Positions 14,247 to 23,200 of a DNA stretch of 34,704 nucleotides are shown one piece after another. A program made the position numbers and the translations under genes. The stretch's first letter is position 1, and each line of letters starts with the position of its first letter. The stretch is taken from IMG/VR virus record IMGVR_UViG_3300037048_000284, positions 1 through 34,704 of that record; one strand, given 5' to 3'. The stretch is from a virus. Its lineage: Duplodnaviria; Caudoviricetes. The notes under the pieces are model-generated. The model was not told where the DNA came from and ran no database searches. It saw nothing but the letters and a program-made list of their open reading frames with translations.

Positions 14247-15541
14247 GCTACCCCCATATCATCACCGAGATCGTCAACCGGCCGCTGATGGTCACCCCCG
14301 CCAAGCTCGAGGTGATTCTCTCCCTCCTTGGAAACCATTCGGGCACCACCATCGCCCCCGATCTCTCTGCCCTGCTCCATATGAATTCCACCTCCGGCCA
14401 GGAGATCAAGGCCTATGCCCGGCCGGTCAACCAGCTGCAGAGCGACGAGGAGAATGAGGAAATCATCGAGATCATCCCGGTGCTCGGCAGCCTGGTGGCG
14501 AGAAACCATGGCTGGAGCGGCGACGGATCCGGTCTGCGCAGCTATCGCACCATCATGATGGACCTGAAAGCCGCGGCCCGTAATCCCCAGGTGGCCGGGA
14601 TCATGCTCGACCTCGACACCTTCGGCGGCATGTCGGCCGGCTGCGAGCGCTGCACCCGGCTGATCGCCGAGGTCGCGCAAGAGAAACCGGTCTACGGGGT
14701 GGTCGACCTCAACGCCTATTCCGCCGGTTACTCCATCGCTTCCGCCTGCAGCCGCGTCATCCTCACCGACCAGACCGCCGGGGTTGGCTCCATCGGCTGC
14801 ATCGCCATTCATTGCGATGTCTCGAAGTGGGCCGACCAGGAAGGCCTCAACTACACTGTAGTCACCTTCGGGACCAAGAAGGGTCAGTTCAGCCCCTTGC
14901 GATCGCTCTCAAAAGACGACGCCGCCGACCTGCAACGCTCCGTCGACGCCCACGGCCTGCGCTTCGCAGAGACGGTGGCCGAGCTGCGCGGCCTCAAGCT
15001 CGAGGCGGTACTCGCCACCGAGGCCGGAGCCTTCTCCGGCCAGCAGGCCATCGAGCTGGGACTGGCCGATGACATCATGTCTTTCGACGAGGCGGCAATG
15101 ATGCTCGCCGACGAGATCGCGACCCGCAAGCGCGCGTCGTTCACCCAATCGTTTCAAGAAAAAGGAGGCACAAGGATGCCGGAAGCAATGACCACCAAAC
15201 AGCGTATGGAAAAACTCCTCACCGCCGAAGACGGCCCGGCGGCGATTAAGGACCTGGGCTTTCTCGGCAAGGAAGAGGCCGAAGGAGCGCAGACCGATGC
15301 CGTCAACCAGGCACGGGCGGAGATGATCGAAATCGCCGAGCTTTGCCAGCTGGGCGAGATGTCGGTCGAGGGTACCGTCGCCCTGCTCAAGTCCGGGGTC
15401 AGTTCCACCCTGGCCCGTGAACATATCCAGGCCAAGCGGGCGGAGAAGTCGCAAAAGCAATCGATCAAATCGACCATCACCAGCCATACCGACGAAAAAC
15501 ACCCACTTGTTGCCGCCTGCGAGAAACTGGCGGCCAAGTAA
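14243..15541 (+). CDS. Prohead protease, S49 family (gpC-like), with C-terminal scaffold
   Basis: IMLDLDT.GG, AYSAGY.IASAC, GVGSIG, F...VA..RG, A..F.G.QAIE.GLAD. Confidence 0.95.
   Translation: MSYPHIITEIVNRPLMVTPAKLEVILSLLGNHSGTTIAPDLSALLHMNSTSGQEIKAYARPVNQLQSDEENEEIIEIIPVLGSLVARNHGWSGDGSGLRSYRTIMMDLKAAARNPQVAGIMLDLDTFGGMSAGCERCTRLIAEVAQEKPVYGVVDLNAYSAGYSIASACSRVILTDQTAGVGSIGCIAIHCDVSKWADQEGLNYTVVTFGTKKGQFSPLRSLSKDDAADLQRSVDAHGLRFAETVAELRGLKLEAVLATEAGAFSGQQAIELGLADDIMSFDEAAMMLADEIATRKRASFTQSFQEKGGTRMPEAMTTKQRMEKLLTAEDGPAAIKDLGFLGKEEAEGAQTDAVNQARAEMIEIAELCQLGEMSVEGTVALLKSGVSSTLAREHIQAKRAEKSQKQSIKSTITSHTDEKHPLVAACEKLAAK
15176..15541 (+). CDS. Nested in-frame scaffold protein (Nu3-like)
   Basis: AGGAGG at 15163-15168, 7 nt before an in-frame ATG at the end of the protease domain; same arrangement as lambda C/Nu3. 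Confidence 0.6.
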   Translation: MPEAMTTKQRMEKLLTAEDGPAAIKDLGFLGKEEAEGAQTDAVNQARAEMIEIAELCQLGEMSVEGTVALLKSGVSSTLAREHIQAKRAEKSQKQSIKSTITSHTDEKHPLVAACEKLAAK

Positions 15542-15613
15542 CCGGCCGATCAACGCCATCCTCCCGGAACTCCCAGAGGCTCCGGGCAAGAACTTAACGC
15601 AAAGAGGTACACC

Positions 15614-16267
15614 ATGAGCAAGACTGAACCGAACGTCCTGGGAGACGGCATCAAATGGGAAGAGTCGAACGACTATTCCCGCAAACCCCTCACCGTGCTT
15701 TCCGGGCAGACCCTTGCCCTGCTGGCGGTCATCGGCCTAATCACCGTGTCCATTCCCACCACCGGCACCGCCGGGACCAACACCGGAACCGGCACCTGTG
15801 GCTCGGTGGTCGGCAAAGCCAACACCATTCCCGAGACCTTCACCCTGACATGCACGGCCACCGCAGTCAACGGTGGGACCTTCTCGGTGGTGGGCTCCAA
15901 GACCGGACGGCTGAAAGACGCCTCGGTGGGAGTAGCCTACGACTCGGATTATATCGGTTTCACCATCGCCGACGGAACGGCTGCCGATTTCGTGGTCGGC
16001 GATAAGTTCACCATCGTCATTGCCCCCGGCTCCCGCCATGCGGTTGCCCTTGATCCCGACGGGGTCGACGGTCGGAACCATGCCGCCGGCATCATGGTCG
16101 CGGCGGTCGACGCCAGCACCGGCGCCAAGCCCGGCGTGGCCATTGTCCGCGAGGCCATGGTTGCCCCGGATTATCTGGTCTGGCCAGCTGAAATCACCAG
16201 CGACGAGAAGGCCGCGGCCCTCGCCGATCTTGAAAAACTGGGAATCGTCGCGGTCACCTCGGCCTAA
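15614..16267 (+). CDS. Head decoration protein (gpD-like) with inserted beta-rich domain
   Basis: YSR..TV.SGQ.L...VIG N-terminus and DG...AAGI....VDA...V...R.A.V....L.WP C-terminus; lies between protease and capsid genes. Confidence 0.9.
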   Translation: MSKTEPNVLGDGIKWEESNDYSRKPLTVLSGQTLALLAVIGLITVSIPTTGTAGTNTGTGTCGSVVGKANTIPETFTLTCTATAVNGGTFSVVGSKTGRLKDASVGVAYDSDYIGFTIADGTAADFVVGDKFTIVIAPGSRHAVALDPDGVDGRNHAAGIMVAAVDASTGAKPGVAIVREAMVAPDYLVWPAEITSDEKAAALADLEKLGIVAVTSA

Positions 16268-16308
16268 GCCGAGCTACCGCCACCCCATAGCGAACAAGGA
16301 GAAACATC

Positions 16309-17334
16309 ATGCCCGATCAATTGATCATCAACCCCTTCGACACCTCCGGTTATGACCTGGCCACCATGACCACGGCCATCAACCTTCTCCCCAACCAGTA
16401 CGGCCGGGTGCGCCAGCTCGGGCTCTTTATGGTGGATCCGGTGCGCACCCGCACCGTCATCCTCGAGGAGTTGAACGGGATCCTTACCCTGCTCAAGACC
16501 CAGACGCCCGGAGCCCCGGCTCCGAAGATGAAAAACGCCAAGGCCAAGATGCGCTCCCTGGTGGTGCCGCATATCCCGGTGGATGGCGTCATTCTCCCCT
16601 CGGACCTGCAGGGCCGCCGCGATCCGGGATCGATCGAGCCCAAGACCCTGGAGGCGGAAATGACCAAGGTCCTCCGCCAGTTGCGCGGCTCCCTCGCCAT
16701 CACCGAGGAGCACCTGATGATGGGCGCGGTCAAGGGCATCATCCTCGATGCCGATGGCTCAACCCTCTATAACCTTTATGACGAGTTCGATATTACCGCC
16801 AAGACCGTCGACTTCAACCTCGATAGCGATGCAACTAAAGTGGTTGACAAGTGTCGCGAGGTGGTTCGCCATATCGAGGATAACCTTCTGGGCGATATCA
16901 TGAGCGGGGTGCGTTGCCTCTGCGACGAGACCTTCTTCGATGCCCTCATCGCCCACGAAAACGTCGAGAAGTTTTACGCCGGCCATGTCGCCTTCCTGCA
17001 AAATGCCGGTGTCGATCAAGACCCGCGCAAGGCCTTCCGCTTTGGCGGCATCACCTTCGAGGAGTACCGGGCCAAGGCGACCAACGCCACGGGAGCCACC
17101 ATCGACTTCATCTCCGCCGGCGATGCCCACTTCTTCCCGGTAGGCACTCAGTCGACCTTCCAGATTCACTATGCCCCGGCCGACTATTTCGAGACCGTCA
17201 ACACCCATGGCATGCCGATCTACGCCAAACAGGTGATGACCAACGACGGCAAGCGGGTTGACGTGCTCGCCGAGTCCAATCCGCTGCCGCTCTGCCGGCG
17301 CCCGGGCGTGCTCGTCAAAGGAACCTTGACCTAA
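16309..17334 (+). CDS. Major capsid protein, lambda gpE family
   Basis: MTTAIN.LP, T.EH..MGAVKG.ILDADG, F.FGGITFEEY, APADY.ETVNT.G.P.YAK, ESNPLPLC.RP.VLVK. Confidence 0.97.
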   Translation: MPDQLIINPFDTSGYDLATMTTAINLLPNQYGRVRQLGLFMVDPVRTRTVILEELNGILTLLKTQTPGAPAPKMKNAKAKMRSLVVPHIPVDGVILPSDLQGRRDPGSIEPKTLEAEMTKVLRQLRGSLAITEEHLMMGAVKGIILDADGSTLYNLYDEFDITAKTVDFNLDSDATKVVDKCREVVRHIEDNLLGDIMSGVRCLCDETFFDALIAHENVEKFYAGHVAFLQNAGVDQDPRKAFRFGGITFEEYRAKATNATGATIDFISAGDAHFFPVGTQSTFQIHYAPADYFETVNTHGMPIYAKQVMTNDGKRVDVLAESNPLPLCRRPGVLVKGTLT

Positions 17335-17349
17335 GAGGAGCCGGAAACG

Positions 17350-17673
17350 ATGACCAGAGACGAAGCCCTCGCCGACCTCGCCGCCTCGATATCGACAGGC
17401 GAGCACGGCAGCCAACATCTTATCGACGGCGCGGCGGTTTCCGCCGTGCGCCGCAGTCTGACCACCGAGGAGGCCCAGGCCTTCTCGGGTAGCGCCTATG
17501 CCGCCGATGGTTTGCTGGTCGAGGGCTTTCGTATGACGGTCGAGATATCCAAGCTCCCGGGAGTTCCTGTGGTGGGTGGAACCATCGATGTCGACGGGGT
17601 GAGTTATGACGTCAAGTCAGTGCTGAGAATCGGCATCATGGTGCGGATCACCTGCGCGAGGTACCTGGCATGA
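17350..17673 (+). CDS. Head-tail joining protein (gpFII-like)
   Basis: Position after the capsid gene; P.VG.TI.VDG.SY.V motif; GAGGAG SD. Confidence 0.7.
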   Translation: MTRDEALADLAASISTGEHGSQHLIDGAAVSAVRRSLTTEEAQAFSGSAYAADGLLVEGFRMTVEISKLPGVPVVGGTIDVDGVSYDVKSVLRIGIMVRITCARYLA

Positions 17674-18290
17674 GCCTTTATATCGACATCGATAACTCGG
17701 CCATCGACCAGATTATCAGCATGACCAAAGCCACCGCCGAGCAGATCGAAAAGGCTCGACTCTCGGCCATGCGCAAGCTGGGCAAGCGCATCGAGACCAT
17801 CGTCAAGCGCAAGGCGGCCAAGGAGCTGCGTATTCCCCAGAAGAGCATCGAGAACCGGTTTTTCGCGGAATCGCTCAAGCCCGGTGACGAGACGCTGAAA
17901 ATCTGGGTCGGCACCTGGGACCTTTCGCCCTTCGCCCTGGGCGCGCCGAGCGTCTACGGCCTGCCCGGCAAGAGTGGCGGGGTAAAGGCGGGAAATCGCA
18001 CCTATCCCGGGGCCTTTATGGCCAAGATCTATACATCTCGTGACCACGTGTGGATCCGCGTGCACTCTCCCCATTACAGCGCGGATCTCTATCCCACCCG
18101 GTACCGACCGGGCGACCGGGGCCTGGGTGAGCTGGCCGGCCGTTTTCCGGTGGTTCGCGCGGCGGTGCCGATTGATGACACCATCCGCTCGGTGGTCGGC
18201 GACATGGAAAAGGATTTCTCCGCCGACTTTGAGAAAACATTTTTCGGCGAACTCAACTATTTCGCCAATATCAGGGGTAACCGGCAATGA
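17670..18290 (+). CDS. Tail completion / minor tail protein (gpZ-like)
   Basis: Basic protein with GV.AG.R.YPGAFMA and FP......PI motifs; position in neck cluster. Confidence 0.75.
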   Translation: MSLYIDIDNSAIDQIISMTKATAEQIEKARLSAMRKLGKRIETIVKRKAAKELRIPQKSIENRFFAESLKPGDETLKIWVGTWDLSPFALGAPSVYGLPGKSGGVKAGNRTYPGAFMAKIYTSRDHVWIRVHSPHYSADLYPTRYRPGDRGLGELAGRFPVVRAAVPIDDTIRSVVGDMEKDFSADFEKTFFGELNYFANIRGNRQ

Positions 18291-18736
18291 ATGGACTGAT
18301 CGATCTGCTGCTCGTTCGCCTGGGTGAACTGACCGGGGACCTCCGCTATCACCACAAACCGAGTGGAGAGCGCCGACCGCCGCAGATCATCCACACCTGC
18401 CTCGAGAAAAAGACCGCGACGTGGAAAGAGGGCGAGGAATTTCCCTATATCCGGGTGGCCGTGTATCGGGGCGGCTTCGATGGCGTGATACCGCAACCGC
18501 ACCATGTGGCGGTGGTCTGCGGCATCTACACCCCGGGCAATATTTCCACCGGGACTGCGGAAATTGTCGAGTTGACCTGTGCCGTCGGCAACCTCGTCAC
18601 CAATCGCGGTTTCCCACCCTATATCCTCAAGACCCCGGTCGAGTATGTGCTCGGCTCGGATGAAGCCGGCGCGGAAGGCCTGCAGCCTCACCCGTACCAT
18701 TTTTCGAGGTTCGCCCTCGAATTCCTGCAAACGTAG
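18287..18736 (+). CDS. Putative tail terminator protein
   Basis: FPYI.V and QP.PY motifs; directly precedes the major tail gene. Confidence 0.65.
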   Translation: MNGLIDLLLVRLGELTGDLRYHHKPSGERRPPQIIHTCLEKKTATWKEGEEFPYIRVAVYRGGFDGVIPQPHHVAVVCGIYTPGNISTGTAEIVELTCAVGNLVTNRGFPPYILKTPVEYVLGSDEAGAEGLQPHPYHFSRFALEFLQT

Positions 18737-18759
18737 AAGAACACAACGGAGCGAAAACT

Positions 18760-19518
18760 ATGAAACCATTTCTCTTGATGGGTGCGGGCAAGGTCCACAT
18801 CGATGTTTTGACCGACGAAGGCGCGGCCACCGGCCTCTCTTTGAAAGGAAACTGCACCAAGCTGTTGATCAAGCCGGACTCGGAGCTGATCGAGGAGTAC
18901 GGGGCCAGCGACGAGGATTTGATGCAGATCATCGGCTCGGTCACCCTGCCCAAGACCCCGCAGTCGGAATTCGAGTTCAACCAGGTCGATGCCGATCTCT
19001 TCGCCATGGCCTTCATGGGAACCAACTCGCTGTTCGAGCAGACCGAAGGCGAGGATACCACCGGTCAGACCATCACCACCATCGCCGACAAGATGGTCGA
19101 GTTGGGCAAATACAAGATCGAGGACGTGGTGGTGAAAAGCACCGACGGCGCCACCACCTACCTGATTGACAGAGATTATACCATCCGCCCCCGCGTGGGC
19201 GGTATCACCGCCCTGTCCACCGGAACCATCCCTCCCGGCGGACAGGTCAAGGTCACCTACTCCTGGCCGGCGCTCGAGGGCACGGTGATGAAGGGGATGA
19301 CCAAGAGCAACGTCCGCGTCCGGGTGCTGTGGGAGGGCAAGAACTACGCCGACGGCCGCGAGTTTGTCGTCGAGGTGTTCCGGGCACGGCTGGCGCCGTC
19401 CGCCGACTTCAACTTCCAGAACGCCATCGAGAAAAAATTTCTCTCGGTCAACTTCAAGGCGTCTCTCGAGACCCCGAGCGACAAGGACTCGCCGTTCAAA
19501 ATCACCTGGCTTTCTTAA
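18760..19518 (+). CDS. Major tail (tube) protein
   Basis: G.V.ID, GNCTKL.I, DY.I....G.I, G.NYADG..F.V...R..L.P; precedes the chaperone and tape measure genes. Confidence 0.85.
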   Translation: MKPFLLMGAGKVHIDVLTDEGAATGLSLKGNCTKLLIKPDSELIEEYGASDEDLMQIIGSVTLPKTPQSEFEFNQVDADLFAMAFMGTNSLFEQTEGEDTTGQTITTIADKMVELGKYKIEDVVVKSTDGATTYLIDRDYTIRPRVGGITALSTGTIPPGGQVKVTYSWPALEGTVMKGMTKSNVRVRVLWEGKNYADGREFVVEVFRARLAPSADFNFQNAIEKKFLSVNFKASLETPSDKDSPFKITWLS

Positions 19519-19541
19519 TGGCGTGATATCGGGACAACCAA

Positions 19542-19566
19542 GCCCGGCGGCCGATGGCCGCCGGGC
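19542..19566. terminator. Perfect GC-rich hairpin after the major tail gene
   Basis: GCCCGGCGGCC-GAT-GGCCGCCGGGC. No U-tract on the plus strand; TTGGTTGT follows on the minus strand. Confidence 0.5.
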
Positions 19567-19590
19567 ACAACAACCGGAAATGAGGAAAAC

Positions 19591-19929
19591 ATGTTCAAGG
19601 ACGTGCGTTTTAACGGCATGGCGGTGACGGTCCGGGAGCTGACCGTGAGTGAAGTGAACGAATACCTGGAGAACACCACCGAGCCGCCGAGCACCGCCGA
19701 TCTGCTGCTCGATCGATCGATCCCGGAAAAGGTGGTGCGGCTTGCCACGGGTCTTTCAGGCGACGAGATCAACGGCGGCGTGCTCCCCTCCGATTTGGAG
19801 ACCCTGTGGAATGACGTCGAGGAGGTGAACCCTTTTTTGTCCCGGCTGATGGAAAGGCTGACGGCGGCGGGGAAGGCGGTGATCGAGGATTTACCGCGGC
19901 CAGCCTCAAAAAGTGCGCCTGCAGCCTGA
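19591..19929 (+). CDS. Tail assembly chaperone (G-like)
   Basis: VTVRELTV.EV and PSDLE.LW..V.EVNPF motifs; lies between the tail tube and tape measure genes. Confidence 0.85.
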   Translation: MFKDVRFNGMAVTVRELTVSEVNEYLENTTEPPSTADLLLDRSIPEKVVRLATGLSGDEINGGVLPSDLETLWNDVEEVNPFLSRLMERLTAAGKAVIEDLPRPASKSAPAA

Positions 19930-20027
19930 TCCGCCGTTTTGGGCACGCCCAGGTGAGAGATTACCCGTGGAGCTGGTTTATCGCCGCCCTCAAGGAGATC
20001 GACGAGGCGGATCCTGGCGAGGGGTAA
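19591..20027 (+). CDS. Tail assembly chaperone GT-like fusion made by -1 frameshift at T TTT TTG (19833-19839)
   Basis: The slippery heptamer is in the correct phase. The -1 frame is open to TAA at 20025-20027 and encodes ...LIRRFGHAQVRDYPWSWFIAALKE... Confidence 0.75.
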
Positions 20028-20291
20028 TCAGAAGTGGAGGTTGGCGATACAGCCGACGGCCATGACCACGGCACACAGGCCGAAGGTGCCCAGCGTCGGC
20101 CACGGCCCGAGAAAGGACGACAGGTAGACGAGCCCCAGGGTAATGGGCATGCTGAGCCCCAGCCAGAGCATGGCGTCCCTGGTGAGCGGCAGGAAGAGCA
20201 GAACGATGCACAGCGCCAGCGGGTACCACGGCTTTTGCAGCAAGCAGTGCAAACCATCATCAAGATTCAACATCAGCGAGCGGTAGAACAT
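20028..20291 (-). CDS. Antisense 87-aa multi-pass membrane protein
   Basis: MFYRSLMLNL... with about three hydrophobic segments; GAGGAGGT SD on the minus strand; exactly fills the gap between the GT stop and the tape measure start. Confidence 0.65.
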   Translation of the reverse strand: MFYRSLMLNLDDGLHCLLQKPWYPLALCIVLLFLPLTRDAMLWLGLSMPITLGLVYLSSFLGPWPTLGTFGLCAVVMAVGCIANLHF

Positions 20292-23200
20292 GGCGGCAAC
20301 CTCCTCGGTGGAAATCAGTATAGGCGTTGACAGCAAGCAGGTCAAGACCGGGCTCGACGCGCTGCAGGATCAGTTCCGGCAGGCCCGGGGGACGATCAAC
20401 ACCGCCCTGGAAAACGTCAAGGGCTTTGCCGATATCAAGAAGCAGGCCGACGAGACCGGCAAGGCCTATGCCGCGGTGCAACAGAAGGTTGCCGAGCTGG
20501 CCGGGACGATCAAGGCTTTCGGTAGCGGCGAGGAACTCGCCCGGTCGTTTGACCAGGCGAAAACCGCCGCCGCTAGTTTAAAGACCGAGCTGTCCTCGGC
20601 CTCGGTGGCCTACGCCGAGTCACGCAAGCGCGTTGCCGAGCTGGCACAGGTCTTCAAGGGTGGCGACAAGTCGGTGGCCGAGGATCTCAAGGCCGCCCGG
20701 CAAGAGTCGCGGGCGATGAAGGAAGACCTCGACCGCCTGCGTGCCGGCTACAAAGAGGCCAAGGGCGAAGCCGCAGGACTCGGCCAACAGGTGAAGGCGA
20801 CCGCCGCCACCTTCCGCGAGTTCGACCTGGCCAAGCGCGAGGCCGCAGGGCTCAAGGACAAGCTGGCGGGCCAACGGCTGGAGGCGCAGCGACTGCGCAC
20901 CGCCCTCGGCCAGGCCGGGATAGCCTCCACCGACATGGGCAAGGCCCAGGCCAAGTTGCGCCAGGATCTGGAGCAGACCAAGGAGAAGTACCAGGCCCTG
21001 GCCAAGGTGGCAAGCGCACGCGAGACGCTGGGTATCGGCGCCCATGCCGATATCCAGGGTCAGATCGCCAAGACCCGCCAGGCCTATGTCGACCTGGCCA
21101 CCTCGGGGAAGGCCTCCTTTAGCGAACTGGCGCAGGCCAAGGTGGCGATGGGGACGAAGATCGCCGAGCTGCGCTCACAGACCAACGGGTGGAAAGAGTC
21201 CCTGCTGTCGGCCAAAGAGGAGCTGATCAAGATCGGCGTGGCCGCGGCCGCCCTGATTCAGGCCGCGCGTGTCGGCATGCAGTTCGAGACCTCGATGGCC
21301 GACGTCAGAAAGACCGTCGGCGGCACCAAGGAGGAGATCCGGGCGCTGGGCAACGAGATTCGCGAGATGTCGACACAGATCCCGATGGCTGCCGACGAGT
21401 TGGCCAAAATCGCCGCCGCCGGCGGACAGCTGGGCATCGCCGCGCAGGATATCGGAGCCTTCACCTCGATGACCGCGAAGATGGCCACCGCCTTCGACAT
21501 GACCGCCGAGGCGGCGGGCGAGTCTATCGGCAAGATTAAAAACGTCTACAAGCTCACCATTCCCGAGGTCGAGGGGTTGGGGGACGCCATCAACCAGCTT
21601 GGCAATAATAGCGCGGCCAAGGAAAAAGACATCGTCAATGTCATGCTGCGTGTTGGCGGCACCGCCAACCAGTTCGGCCTCGCCAAGGAGGCCACCGCCG
21701 CCCTGGCGGCGAGCATGCTCGCCTTGGGTCGACCGGCCGAGGTTTCCGGCACCGCGATCAATACCCTGCTCAACAATATGCAGACGGCGACGATGGGCAG
21801 CAAGCAATTCAAGGATGCCCTGGGCAAGATCGGCATGTCGGCCGAGGAGATGGCGGCCATGGTCGCCAAGGACCCACAGAAGGCCCTTGACCATCTCCTC
21901 GGCACCCTGGAAAAACTCGATGGGCAACAGCGCGCCGAGGTCCTTACCGGCCTGTTCGGTAAAGAATTCCAGGATGATATCGGCGCGCTGATCGGCGGGC
22001 TGGAGACCTACCGTGACGCCATGGGCCAAGTCGCCGACAAGACCACATACGCCGGGGCGATGAACGAGGAGTTCGCGGCCAAGACCAATACCTCCGAAAA
22101 TCAGCTGCGGCTCTTGAAAAATACCGTGACCGACATCGTCAGGACCATCGGCGACGGATTCTTGCCGATAATCAATAAGGTTGCCGGCGGGCTCAACTCG
22201 CTGCTGACGCCGGTTGCCGACCTGATCAGAGAATTCCCGAAAATCTCCGCCGCTCTGGCGACCGTTGCCACCGGTTTTTTGGTCTTCAACTCAGTCAAGC
22301 GGCTGGTGGATATTTTGCGAATGGCCATCGCCGCCATAGGCCCGACCTCGGCAACCTCCTTTGCCACGGCGGGGACGGCGGCCACGGGGTTCGGTGGAAA
22401 GCTGACCGCGTTGACCACCAAGGCTGGGCTTCTTAAGAGCGTGCTCGGCAAGGCCTCCGGGGTGCTCATGGCGCTTGGTGTCGGCTGGGAGGTGGGCAAC
22501 CTTCTCAACAACTTCGATATTGTCAGAAAGGGCGGGGCCACTCTGGTCTACGGCCTGGATCGCGTGCGATTGGCGGCGGTCAAGATGTGGCGGGCACTCA
22601 CCGGCGGCGACACCGCCGAGATTGACCGGGAGATTGAGAACGCCAAGAAAGTCTATCAGGAGATGCTGGCCGATATCGACAAGAAACAGGATGAATGGTC
22701 GAAAAAACAGCGTGGCGAACTCCCTGCCGGGGCCGCCCCCGAGAAAACGGCGACCGAGAAAACAGCATCCGAGAAAGAAGCGGCGGAAAAAACCGCCGAG
22801 AAGGTGGCCGAGAAAGAGCGCATGTCCCGGCCGTCGACGCCGGCGGAGATCCAGGCGCATATCGAACGGAATGAAAAGGCGGCAGCAGAGAAGGGTCTTT
22901 CCGAGACCGAGCCAAAAACCGACGAGAAGAAGCCGATCAGCCGCGAACAGGAGGCTATCGATTCCCGCCCGGCCTCAATGCTCACCGATGAGCAGCTCAA
23001 AGAGCGCAAGGAACGCCTCGGTACCGAGCTGAGTACCGACGAGATCGCCGCCAAGGCCAAGGAGGAAAAGCGGGAAAAAGAAGAGTCGGAGCAAAAGAAG
23101 GCCACCGCCGCCACGGATCAAACAGATCAACAGCCTGCGAAACTGGACACTCGCACGAGCCGGAAACAGAGACCGGAGAGGCGGCGAGACGATGACTTCG

